Of a DNA stretch of 64,000 bases, positions 53,201 through 61,712 are shown in pieces. The stretch comes from Pelagomonas calceolata (Eukaryota), in NCBI GenBank assembly GCA_918797485.1, contig CAKKNE010000004.1, positions 2,542,001-2,606,000 of the forward strand, given 5' to 3'. Numbering within the stretch: the stretch's first letter is position 1; the number at the start of each line of letters is the position of its first letter. Below the pieces are notes generated by a model. It was not told the origin of the DNA and did not search any database. It saw nothing but the letters and a program-made list of their open reading frames with translations. A program made the position numbers and the translations under genes.

Positions 53201-53293
53201 GAATTTGGGGATGTGCGCGACGCGCACCTGTTCCGTTCTGTTCTGAGACAGCTCGCCCAGCGACGAGACGGGGTCTGGCGGAGAAAGAGATAG
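50261..53293 (+). CDS. ERCC6: SNF2-family ATPase, CSB/Rad26-like
   Basis: GDEMGLGKT, DEGQKIRNP, GGYANA, WNPQTDAQARER.WRIGQ and EKIYHRQIFKQ; C-terminal winged-helix; UBZ-like CPIC...H..C. Confidence 0.92.
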   Translation: MEPPRDADGMDQELAAALGIQISDERTQEANVLGARLATGVSAPPLALAFLGSGFFDGKDAFPEEALDKLIGLAGDSDRASVLRAALSAVGDDALAAAVLRAALQKERPAAVEPEPVVEQPRMSLRDHRRAERQRAMANGLEIAAPVPGARPEPPLARRVAAPRTKGADAWRPLGAAQPAKRRRRAPSPPPPAQNTVACPICGVRVAVADPRRPDAEMDAHLERCGRRRPRRAAADDESDQSYSDASEDARRALELRAAASSSDDEDDASSSDDDGPLRLRSTEAIADDGTDDALRARLENIEESDDDDDDALRLPGGFVLRASISSRLYAHQRRAVGWLWDLWRQREGGVVGDEMGLGKTAQVAAFLGAVADKQECRTCLVLAPTTMLAHWRRELETWAPRARVVVLHRSAAAFDTAAKKGPAPLAEFLARALSPPSVNGATVGVVLSSYEGLRRLSDALLAKAWGCVVLDEGQKIRNPEASITRLCKQLRTPRRYLLSGTPVQNSLTELWSLFDFAVPGRLGTLRAFDDELAAPIRQGGYANATPAKVQLAYRCALALRDLLKPYLLRRTKAALNNTEQGVQLPSKTEHVLLCRLSADQLSLYKSILESDDVRIALERRGERHHGGSPAFRAIAALRAVCNHPDIYGGAIEGSSSGSIDRSAKLRALDAVLQRWKAQKHRALVFSQSVKMLDILEALAQQRGYAYARMDGSTPPTQRQATADAFNLPGSKTFCMLLTTRTGGVGLNLIGADRVALYDPDWNPQTDAQARERCWRIGQTKPVTVYRFVCAGTIEEKIYHRQIFKQALTNRVLTDARQRRLFSQSELSELFTLGEGAYPDGDNLVKAEDFAAATAPADEEVTNEDDDRDVLQALWDGAADSDLAGVLRAASDNASEGVQAAAQREALRAVEAVERTRNQAVQLNSSDLLGAIARRRRDAQHEAVSVRDEEAPAAAAVALVRRLDSYLRNNTPPTTDELLQEFGDVRDAHLFRSVLRQLAQRRDGVWRRKR

Positions 53294-53302
53294 TTGTGAT
53301 TA

Positions 53303-53839
53303 CTAAGTAGCATGTTTAATCACGGGGTCGCACGCCTGCGGGCACGGCGCGAAGCACGTCCCCTGGAACAGCTTGATGATCATGCGCCGCCCGTACGGGA
53401 TGTACGACGCCGAGTACCAGATCCCCGCGCAGACCTGAATAAACAACGCTAATAAAACCCAGCCCACGTCGACGCCCGACAAACCTAGCGCGAACGTGAC
53501 CACGAGCATGAGCAGCCAGAAGATGCAGGCAAATCTCCTAGTTTTGGAAAACATCTTCTTGCACTGCCGTCGTGGCCCAATCAGAAAGCCCGTCGCCGCG
53601 ATGGCGATGAAGTTGCCAAAAACATATAGGATTGCAAAATTCGTGACTCGTTTTTTCCAGGGGTCCTTGGATAGTAACATGAGCGTGCCCATGAAAGACA
53701 AAGCGTAGCCGCACCCACAACAAATGCAAAAACCGATCAGGCGCTGCTGGTAGGTCATGGACGGGCACATCGAGCACATCTCGTCCTCGAAGGTCGGTTG
53801 CGCCGGGGCGAAGGGGTTCTGGATGGTCGGGAGGGACAT
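53303..53839 (-). CDS. SFT2: Vesicle transport protein SFT2/Got1 family
   Basis: FAILYVFGN, FLIGPRRQ.KKMF and WYSASYIPYGR. Confidence 0.92.
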   Translation of the reverse strand: MSLPTIQNPFAPAQPTFEDEMCSMCPSMTYQQRLIGFCICCGCGYALSFMGTLMLLSKDPWKKRVTNFAILYVFGNFIAIAATGFLIGPRRQCKKMFSKTRRFACIFWLLMLVVTFALGLSGVDVGWVLLALFIQVCAGIWYSASYIPYGRRMIIKLFQGTCFAPCPQACDPVIKHAT

Positions 53840-54077
53840 CGTTTCTTTTTGTCTGGTGTGGCGCTTTCACTGGTGCGGTCTGTCCGGCGTCGGCTGCTCG
53901 GCTGCTACTGCTGAATGTTCAAAACGGGTGCAGCCAGCTCCTGCGACAGGCGTCGATTTCTCAGCGGTCAATGCTGTACGGGGCGTCCGCTCGCAGCCCA
54001 AACAGTTGCTAGTGATCGGAAGCGCGTTATTTGCCTCTTTTTAGGCGTTTTGTGTTGCCCAAGCGCAAAGAGCACAG

Positions 54078-54099
54078 CTAGCGTCGTGTAAGACACTAG
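54078..54099 (-). promoter_or_regulatory. Recurrent intergenic CTAG-box motif
   Basis: CTAGCGTCGTGTAAGACACTAG between divergent genes. Confidence 0.6.
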
Positions 54100-54307
54100 C
54101 CCCAAAAGCAGGCTCGAGCGCCAAGCAATCGTCTAGCTGCACCATCAACTCATCGGAGCCTTATAAATACTACATTGATCAACATTGATCAGCGCAGCCG
54201 AAGGGTCCAGCTTGGATCACCAGAACGCGCAAAGGCACACCCTAGCTGTGTACAGCACACCTCCTCGCGCCCAGCCGCGCACGTCTGCCAAGGAACGTCT
54301 CTAAGTA

Positions 54308-55372
54308 ATGAGCGCCCTGCTCGACCCGCCGACGGTAAAGCGCGACCGCACGGACTCCGACGCGCCGCGCGCCAAACTCAGTAATTTGCCCTACGGCACC
54401 GACGAGGCGAGTGTACGAAGCTTCATCGTCAGCACGAACGTCGCCGTGACGAGTCTGCTCGTAAAGAACAACGGCCGCGTCGCCATCGCGACGCTGCCCG
54501 ACGACGCCGCGCTGCGAGCGATCCTGACGTTGAACGGCAACGCGCTCGGCGACCGCCCCGTAAAGGTCGGGAGATATTTCGGAGCGGGCGATCGGCCGCC
54601 GGCGAAGAAACCGACGGACGAGACCGTGGCGAAGGCAACAGCGACGACGAGCGACGAGAACGTCGCCGTCGACGCCGCGGGACATGTGACCTACACGCTC
54701 AAGGTGGCGGACCGTGAGATCCAATTCGCCGTCGGCGTACGAGAAGAGAGCGTCCAGAGCCTCGCCAAGGACGCCATCGCCGCGTTGGACCTCTTCGACA
54801 TGACGCCCGGCGCGCGCGTCCTCGTCGCGGCGACGTCAAAGGACGCCGACGCCGCCGTCAGAGCTCTACGCGAGGCGCTGAGGGACGGCGCGGGCCGCGT
54901 GCAGGGTATCGACGTCGTCGGCTTCGACACGGAGACGAAGCCGGTCTTCGTCGCCGGGCGCCCGCCGAACGACGTGGCCTTGGTGCAGCTCGCCGTGCGC
55001 GGTTTGATCGTGTTGGTGCGCCTCGACTTGATAGGTGGTATTCCAGATTCGTTGAGACGACTGCTCGAGGACGCGTCCGTGCTCAAGGTCGGCGTCGGAT
55101 GTGCGGGCGACGAACAGACGCTGAGCAGGCGGTGTCCTGGCCTCGACGTGCGGGGGAGCTTCCTGGAAATCGACAAGATCGCCAAAACAAAATTCCCGAA
55201 CTTGAAAGCGTGCGGCCTCCGGTCGCTCGTCGCGATTCTGGCAAAGAAGCGCATGAGCAAGGGCCAGCAGACCAAGAACTGGGAGCAGCCCTCGTACACG
55301 CCGGCGATGGTGCGCTACGCGGCGAACGACGCCGCGGCGGGGCTCCTTTGTCTGGAGCTCCTCTGTAAGTAG
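54308..55372 (+). CDS. RRM + DEDDy 3'-5' exonuclease (WRN/EXD2-like)
   Basis: LSNLPY RRM start; VGFDTE, LVQLA, LKVGVG and NW...YAANDA. Confidence 0.88.
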   Translation: MSALLDPPTVKRDRTDSDAPRAKLSNLPYGTDEASVRSFIVSTNVAVTSLLVKNNGRVAIATLPDDAALRAILTLNGNALGDRPVKVGRYFGAGDRPPAKKPTDETVAKATATTSDENVAVDAAGHVTYTLKVADREIQFAVGVREESVQSLAKDAIAALDLFDMTPGARVLVAATSKDADAAVRALREALRDGAGRVQGIDVVGFDTETKPVFVAGRPPNDVALVQLAVRGLIVLVRLDLIGGIPDSLRRLLEDASVLKVGVGCAGDEQTLSRRCPGLDVRGSFLEIDKIAKTKFPNLKACGLRSLVAILAKKRMSKGQQTKNWEQPSYTPAMVRYAANDAAAGLLCLELLCK

Positions 55373-55402
55373 GTCCTATGTTGTTACACAATAATACAAA
55401 AT

Positions 55403-56497
55403 TCACACGAAGAAGCTCTCGCGCGGCCTCTTCTCTGACGCGTCCTCCTCGTCGCCCCGGCTCCGCTTTTTCGACAGGTCGTAGACGAAGACCGACGGAA
55501 CAATGGCATCGCCCTTGCCGCCGGCGCCGCCGCAGACCACGATATTGGAAGACGAAAACGCGCATTGGAAGAGGGGCACGGCGTTGCCCGCGGCATCGGT
55601 GATGGGGGCCGTGGCCTTTTTAGTAGCGTCGGCCTTCCTCAGCGCGTCCTCGCAGCTCCAGAAGGCCAAGCCCTCCGCGGCCCACGACGCGACGAATCCG
55701 TCGGTCTTCGCGGCGCCGTAGCACGGCGAGGCATGCGCCCCTTTCAGCCGCCCCAGCAACTTCCAAGTCCGCGCGTCCCAGACGCGGCAGCAGCCGTCAC
55801 CATAGCACGACGCGACGGCCGTGCCCCCCAGCCACCCGACGGCCGTCACCTTCGAGTCGCCGGGCGCGCGCAGGACCCGCGCGTCGTAGTCGAGGCGCAC
55901 GTCGCGCACGCGCGCCGTGCCGTCGGACACGGCGCACGCGATCGTCGCCCGCAACGCGTCGTCCGCGTCGCGCGGCGCCGGCTGGACGTCGAAGACATAA
56001 GCCTGGTCGCCCCGCGGTTCTTGATAGGACCACTGCTTTATGCTTTTGCCGGCGTTCACGTCCCAGGTCCGCACGGCCGCGCCCGCTGCGGTTAATAACC
56101 AAGCACCGTAGGCGTCGCCGCACGCCGACCAGGCGCAGCCGTAGACCTGGTCGCCGCCGTGGTCGAGCCGCTGTAGTGACTTCGGGGCCGACCAGTCGTC
56201 GCCGCGCCACAAATTGCAGAAGCCGTCCGCGCCGGCCACGGCCAGCAGCGACGCGCCGGCGGCGTCCCGGACAATGGGAGGCGCCCACGCGACGCGTAGG
56301 ACCTCATCCTTCGTTTGCGACTGCGCGACCTCGCCCTCGAGCCGGCCGTCCGCCAGGCGCCAGACCTTGGCCGTGCCGTCTTCCGATGCCGTGACGCACA
56401 AACCGTCCTGGCCGAGGTCGACGTCGAAGACGCGGCCCGTGTGTCCGGCGAATTCGCGCTGTTTTGCATTGATGTTGTATTCGGGCACGGTTAGCAT
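55403..56497 (-). CDS. WD40-repeat protein
   Basis: GH..VFDV..TASEDGTAKVW, TWD and VWD repeats. Confidence 0.88.
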   Translation of the reverse strand: MLTVPEYNINAKQREFAGHTGRVFDVDLGQDGLCVTASEDGTAKVWRLADGRLEGEVAQSQTKDEVLRVAWAPPIVRDAAGASLLAVAGADGFCNLWRGDDWSAPKSLQRLDHGGDQVYGCAWSACGDAYGAWLLTAAGAAVRTWDVNAGKSIKQWSYQEPRGDQAYVFDVQPAPRDADDALRATIACAVSDGTARVRDVRLDYDARVLRAPGDSKVTAVGWLGGTAVASCYGDGCCRVWDARTWKLLGRLKGAHASPCYGAAKTDGFVASWAAEGLAFWSCEDALRKADATKKATAPITDAAGNAVPLFQCAFSSSNIVVCGGAGGKGDAIVPSVFVYDLSKKRSRGDEEDASEKRPRESFFV

Positions 56498-56500
56498 GGC

Positions 56501-56592
56501 TCTTTGCACCGCTAGTGTTCAGCGTCCGTAAAGTGCAGTTCTTTGCACAGCTAGCGTTCGGCGTGCGTAAAGTACAGTTCTTTGCACCGCTA
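56501..56592. repeat. 39-bp tandem repeat, ~2.4 copies
   Basis: Units start at 56501, 56540 and 56579 (TCTTTGCACCGCTAG...AAAGTRCAGT), abutting ATG 56497. Confidence 0.85.
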
Positions 56593-56764
56593 CCGCTCTC
56601 TGCGCTGCGGCTGGCGTTTGCGAACTAGTCACCAACGTCACAAGGTGCAATGCTCTGGCTCACTTTTGAGAGTCCAGCGGCCCACAGCTGCTGTGCGCTG
56701 AGAACTGTCTAAATATTTTGGCCTTAGGCTGCGAGCGCGGCGCTTGTGTGAAAAGGCCAGGCTT

Positions 56765-56786
56765 CTAGTGTGTTACACGCCGCTAG
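56765..56786 (+). promoter_or_regulatory. Recurrent intergenic CTAG-box motif
   Basis: CTAGTGTGTTACACGCCGCTAG between divergent genes. Confidence 0.6.
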
Positions 56787-57024
56787 CAACAAGGCCTTCA
56801 ACTGCGTCTAGCTGCTTGCCCAAGCGCCAGATACACCGTTTGCGGCCTGACACAGCACGAAATTATCCCAGGCTTGCGTTGAGAACTTTCGTATAAGTTC
56901 GTGCTGCTGCTGTGATACACAGGGCATCTGCAGCCAGGAGCAACATTTATCGAGGAGTGCGGACACGCACCCGCAGCGTCGAATAACTCGTCGAGGTGTG
57001 TGTCTCGGACGACTAATCACAGCG

Positions 57025-57375
57025 ATGTCAAAAAAGAACCGACTCGCCGCGCGCCGAGAAGCCCACGAGCGCCTCTTGGAACGAGAACGGCAGCAAAAGG
57101 CCAAGAAGGAGGCGAAGCGCCTCAAGTTCCAGGCGCGGGCGCCGAAGAAACGATCTATCCCGAAGGGGCTCGTCCGAGGGTCGTCGCGCAACCCGGAGCA
57201 GTACGAAGAGGCGCGCCGCATCGTGAAGCTGCGCAAAAAGGCCGCGCGCACGGCGCCGAAGAAGATGGACCTCGAGAAGAGCGGCACCGAGAAGCGGCGC
57301 GCGGCGGCGACGGAGGGCCGGAAATCCGCGCGGCAGAAAATCATCGACAAACGGCGGTCGATGGAGTGTGAGTAA
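57025..57375 (+). CDS. Small highly basic (K/R-rich) protein
   Basis: 116-aa ORF with GC3-rich codons. Confidence 0.65.
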   Translation: MSKKNRLAARREAHERLLERERQQKAKKEAKRLKFQARAPKKRSIPKGLVRGSSRNPEQYEEARRIVKLRKKAARTAPKKMDLEKSGTEKRRAAATEGRKSARQKIIDKRRSMECE

Positions 57376-57411
57376 GACTGTTAGATAAAGTTAGAGAAAA
57401 GCAAAGAGAGA

Positions 57412-60400
57412 TCACGCCGCGTAGCGCGAGGGCTGGTCGGACATGACCTCGAAGGACGCCCGCCGCCGCTGGATCGCCTGGAGCAGGCCCGTCGATTGAG
57501 CTACCTGGTACCAGTTCGCCTTTGGGGGATTGCGAAAGTGGAGCGCGAGGACGTCCCTATCTTTCGTCCGCGGGTACGACGCGTGCGAGAAGGTCGAGAC
57601 GTGGCGGTTCGACTTGACGGTCCCCGTGCCGCCGTAGTTGAGCGCTGTCCGGCCGCGCGTGTCAACTACTAGTATTCGGTCCTGCACCACGACGATGCAG
57701 CGCACGATGGGCCGCCTCAGAATGAGTCGGTCGGCCAGCGCGCTGAGCCCCTGGTAAAACGACGCCTTCACGTTTCGTTGAAGGACCTTGGCCACCGCCG
57801 CACCGAGTTGCTTCAGTTTCACGCAAGGGAACGCCTCGTGCCCCGGCAGGTGCGCCTCGTCGAAGGCCACGACGTCGCCCTTTCTCAAATCGGACACGTC
57901 CTTGGGCTGCGCCGGCAGCTGGAGGTCGTCCTCGACCGGCGGAAACGCCGGCGCCGCGCCGCCGCTCGTCGCCAGATCTACAATGTCACCGTGCACGTTC
58001 CCGAAGCCTGCGTGGGACATTCTCGTCGACGCGTCGACGATGTCGACGCGACGTTGCCGATTCGAATTGTGCACACTGGAGCTCGCCCGCCGAAATCTCA
58101 AAGGCGGCCGACACGGGCTTGTGGTCCGACGACGTCACCGCCGGCGCGTTCTCGTGCGCGACACAAGTCACGTCCGTAGTCGAGCCGGGCCGGAAGAGCA
58201 CGCGGTCCGTATAACTCGGCACGCGCTTCCTGTTATATCGGAGGCCGGCGACGCCTTTGATGCATTTGAACGTCGGAAGGAAGCTCAGCGCCGGCGTCCA
58301 GAAGGCGGCTAAACCGCACGCGTCGATGTTCACTTGCGGTTGCCGCGTGAGCTCGTCGAGCGCCGCGAGGCGCGGGACGCTCCGTCCGGTCGTCAAGCGC
58401 ACGACGGTGGCCCACGCGTCCGCGTCTTTCAGGGCGTCGACGTAGGTCGTGTTGATGCGGTAGTTCAGATCGCCGAACGTGAAGACGACGGCCTCGCCGG
58501 ATAGAAACGATTGGAACGCGTCGAGGATCTGCCGCAAGGCACCGTTGCGCTTCTCGAGCTTCCCCTCGTGCGCCGGCAAGTGGCAGCCGACGAACGCGAG
58601 GCGGTAGCTCTTGTCCGCGACCGCGCACGTCAGCGCCGCGCAGCAGGCGCCCTTGACGAGGCCTCCGGCGATGACGCGGCCGTGCGTCGCGTCGGAAACC
58701 GCGACGTCTCTCCTCCGGAACACGAGCAAGAACATGCGGGCCTGGAGGTGCGCGATGCAGGCGTTCGGGACGCGCTCGTGCTGGCTCAGGTGGGCCTCGA
58801 TCAGTTCGCCGACTCTTGCAAACGAACTGCCGAGCTTCACCTCCTGGAGCGTCACGGCGACGACGTCCGCCAGCACGTCCCGCGTGCCGCGGCGCGCGAC
58901 GCGGCCGTGCCGCAGGAACGCGCGCAGCTCCACCGCCTTGAGGGGCGCGTCGCCGCAGTTCAGGGTCACGGCCAGCACGCGCAGCGGCCGGTCCCGGAAC
59001 GAGGCAGAAGCCTCGCTGCTCCGCGTTGTTGCGGCAGAAACGAGGACGCGCGGCGGCACCGGCGGCGCGGCGCGGAACGCCGCGGCGGCGGCCTGGCGCT
59101 CGCTCTCGGACGACTCCAACATGACGAGCTGCTCGATGCACTGCTCCAGCGTCATGCGCTCGCCGACGTCGGCCCGGGTGCAGCGCCGCGCGACGTCGAC
59201 CAGGCCCTTCGTCGAGGCAGAAGGCGCGTCCAGCGACGCGTCCAGGGTCACGCGCGGCGCGCCCGCCTCCGAGAAGCAGTGCCCGACCAAGTTGGGCGAG
59301 GGCCGCGTCGGCTGGAAGGCGCGCTCCGCCGTCAGCAGCTCGAGCAGCACCACGCCGAACGAGTACACGTCCGACGTCGGTCCCAGGCGCCCGTGTGTGA
59401 CCTGTGTTAGGTTACTCTTATTGCGGAGACCTTCATCAACCTCCACGCCATCGCTCGAGCCGCCGCTGTTACGGGGACAACGTCGCGTCATTGGCGTGAA
59501 CTCCGCGCCATCGAGCGGAAGTAATCGTGAAATTTGATTTCCACACAGTGCGCGACGTAGTGGGGGTCCAAGTAGCCCTTCGACCCAGCCAGCGTCATCG
59601 TGTGCTGGAGGTCGCCCTCCATGCGCCGCGCCATGCCAAAGTCCGCGAGCTTGGCGGCGCCCGCCGCGTCGAAGAGGATGTTGGCGCTCTTGATGTCGCC
59701 GTGCACGATGGCCTCGTTCGTGTCTCGGTGCGCGCAGTGGTGCAGATAATAGAGCGCCTGCGACACCTCGACGGCGCACTGGAGGCGGTGGATCCAGGTC
59801 ATCGGCGCCGTCGCCGTGCCGTGCAGGCGCGCCTCGAGCGTCCCGCCGGCGAGGTACTGATACACGAGGCACTTTTCTTGGCCCTCGGCGGCGTACCCCA
59901 ACAACCGCACGAGGCGCGCGTCCCGCAACCCGGCGAGCATCTCGAGCTCCGCTAGGAACTCCCGCTCGCCTTGGCCGCCACTGCTCTCCAGGCGCTTGAT
60001 GGCGACGCGGCCGAAGCGTGCTAATTGTCCTTCGTAGACCCTTCCAAAACCGCCCTGCCCGAGCTCGCGTGACCGCCAATGATTCGTCGCCGCGGCGACG
60101 TCGCTGAGCGCGAGCTGTACCGCGCGCGAGTGCGACGCCGACGCCGCCGACCGCAGCGACCGCGTCCGCGTCGACGACGCGCTAGGCGACGGCTGGTCCG
60201 GGAAAATGTCGTCATCGCTCCAGCCGAGGCCCCGCAGCGCGCGCGTGCGTTCCCGCGGCTCCACGCCGCGCTCGCGCTCGAAGTCCAGGACCATCGCTCG
60301 GTCGTCGAGGTTCGGCTCGCCGTCGGCCAGCGCGCCCTCGAGGACCTCGGCATATTCAGGCCCGCGACTCCACTCGTCGACCGTCCAGCCGCAGGACCGC

Positions 60401-61365
60401 AGCGCGGCCTCAAGCTCCGAGGCGCCAAAGCCATGCCGCGCCGCCGCGTCGTCGACGAGGTTCGCGCCGTCGCGGTGCACGAGGCCCTCGGCGACGACGG
60501 CTGCGACGAGGGCAAAGTATTGCTCGCGCGGCGACTGGGGGGCCGGCGCCTCGGGCTCGAGCGGGACGCCCGCCTGCGGCGTTCCGGGCGACGAGCCCTG
60601 CGAGAGCAGGGGCTGATCCGGGAAATCTGGCCGCGGCAAGTCCGGCCGCGGTGGCCGCGCTGCGGTCTCGGTCGCCCTTTCCCAGGCCTCGGCCACCGCG
60701 GCGGGCGCGGCGGGCGCCGTCGACGCGAGGTAGCTCGCCGGGATCGCTCCGCTGCCGCCGCGGCGCGGGCTGTGGACCTCGACCCAGCCGTCCTGGTCCG
60801 GCCCGCCCAGGACCTCGACCACCTCCTCGGCGTCGGCGTCGATCTGCCACGGCTCGTTCGCCTCCCAGGCGTGGGCGACCGTCGCGAGGACCCGGCCCGT
60901 CGCGAGCACGGGCTCGGAGGCCTGGCGCGTCGGTTGCGGCGGCTGCGGCGGCGGTGGCTGCGAGAGCGACGGCCGCAGCGGAGGCGGAGGCGGCACCGGC
61001 GCCGGCACGTCGAAGCTTAGGAGGTCCCCGACGGGCGTCGGCGTGATCGCCGAGATCCACCGCGCCGCGTCCGCCTCGGACTCGGCCGCGAAGTCCGGAC
61101 TGCGGCCCCCCACGCGGTCCACGAGGCGGAAGTAGACCGCGGCGGCACCGGCCTGCGGCGCTCGTCCCACACGCCGCACCTCGTCTTCGGTCAGTCGATC
61201 GATCAGCGTCGTTCCGGCGCGGATGTGGATCGTCGCCACTTCCCTGGCCTTGTTCGCGTCGTAGACGCGAAGTCGCCCTCCATTCACCTCGCACCAGCGC
61301 CTTTTCCATGTGCTGCCCCACAAAGTGCCCCCCTTCCTCTCCCACAGCCAGCCCTCTTGGGGCAT
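57412..61365 (-). CDS. PH - SH3 - IRAK/Pelle-like kinase - inositol polyphosphate 5-phosphatase fusion
   Basis: EGWLW..WKRRW (PH); SH3 (GWVEV..GAIPASY); GQGGFG, HGDIKSAN, DFG, SDVYSFG; GDLNYR, PSYTDRV, SDHKPV. Introns 59402-59556 and 58008-58086. Confidence 0.88.
59402..59556 (-). mobile_element. Introner-like intron (155 nt)
   Basis: GTCGCGCA + CTGTGTGGAAATCAA ... ACACAG | GTCACACA; 8-bp direct repeat 6/8; restores LDPHY|VTHG. Confidence 0.85.
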
Positions 61366-61509
61366 TCTCTTGGGCTGCCCTCTTGTCTTGTTGGATATGC
61401 TGCGCACGGCCGCTCGACGTTCGTTGCAGGAACTCGACAGATGGGCTGCAGCGCCCCGACGACGCTGGGGCGAGCGCGTGCCGCTTTTTCCCACAAAAGC
61501 TCCTCTCGG

Positions 61510-61529
61510 CTAGTATCTTACTGCGCTAG
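61510..61529 (+). promoter_or_regulatory. Recurrent intergenic CTAG-box motif (variant)
   Basis: CTAGTATCTTACTGCGCTAG between divergent genes. Confidence 0.5.
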
Positions 61530-61712
61530 CTCCTGGCCAAGGCAAAGTGCCCACCCTGGCCGCGCGAGCGCATACAGACGCGTTTAAGACCACGCGGGGC
61601 ACTACGTGCACATATTATTGACGTAAGTTCACAAGTTTTGCTGCCGACTGTCCAGCAAGGCTGTCCACCAGACACATTGCATCTGCACGCTCTGCACATC
61701 GGCACATCGGAG

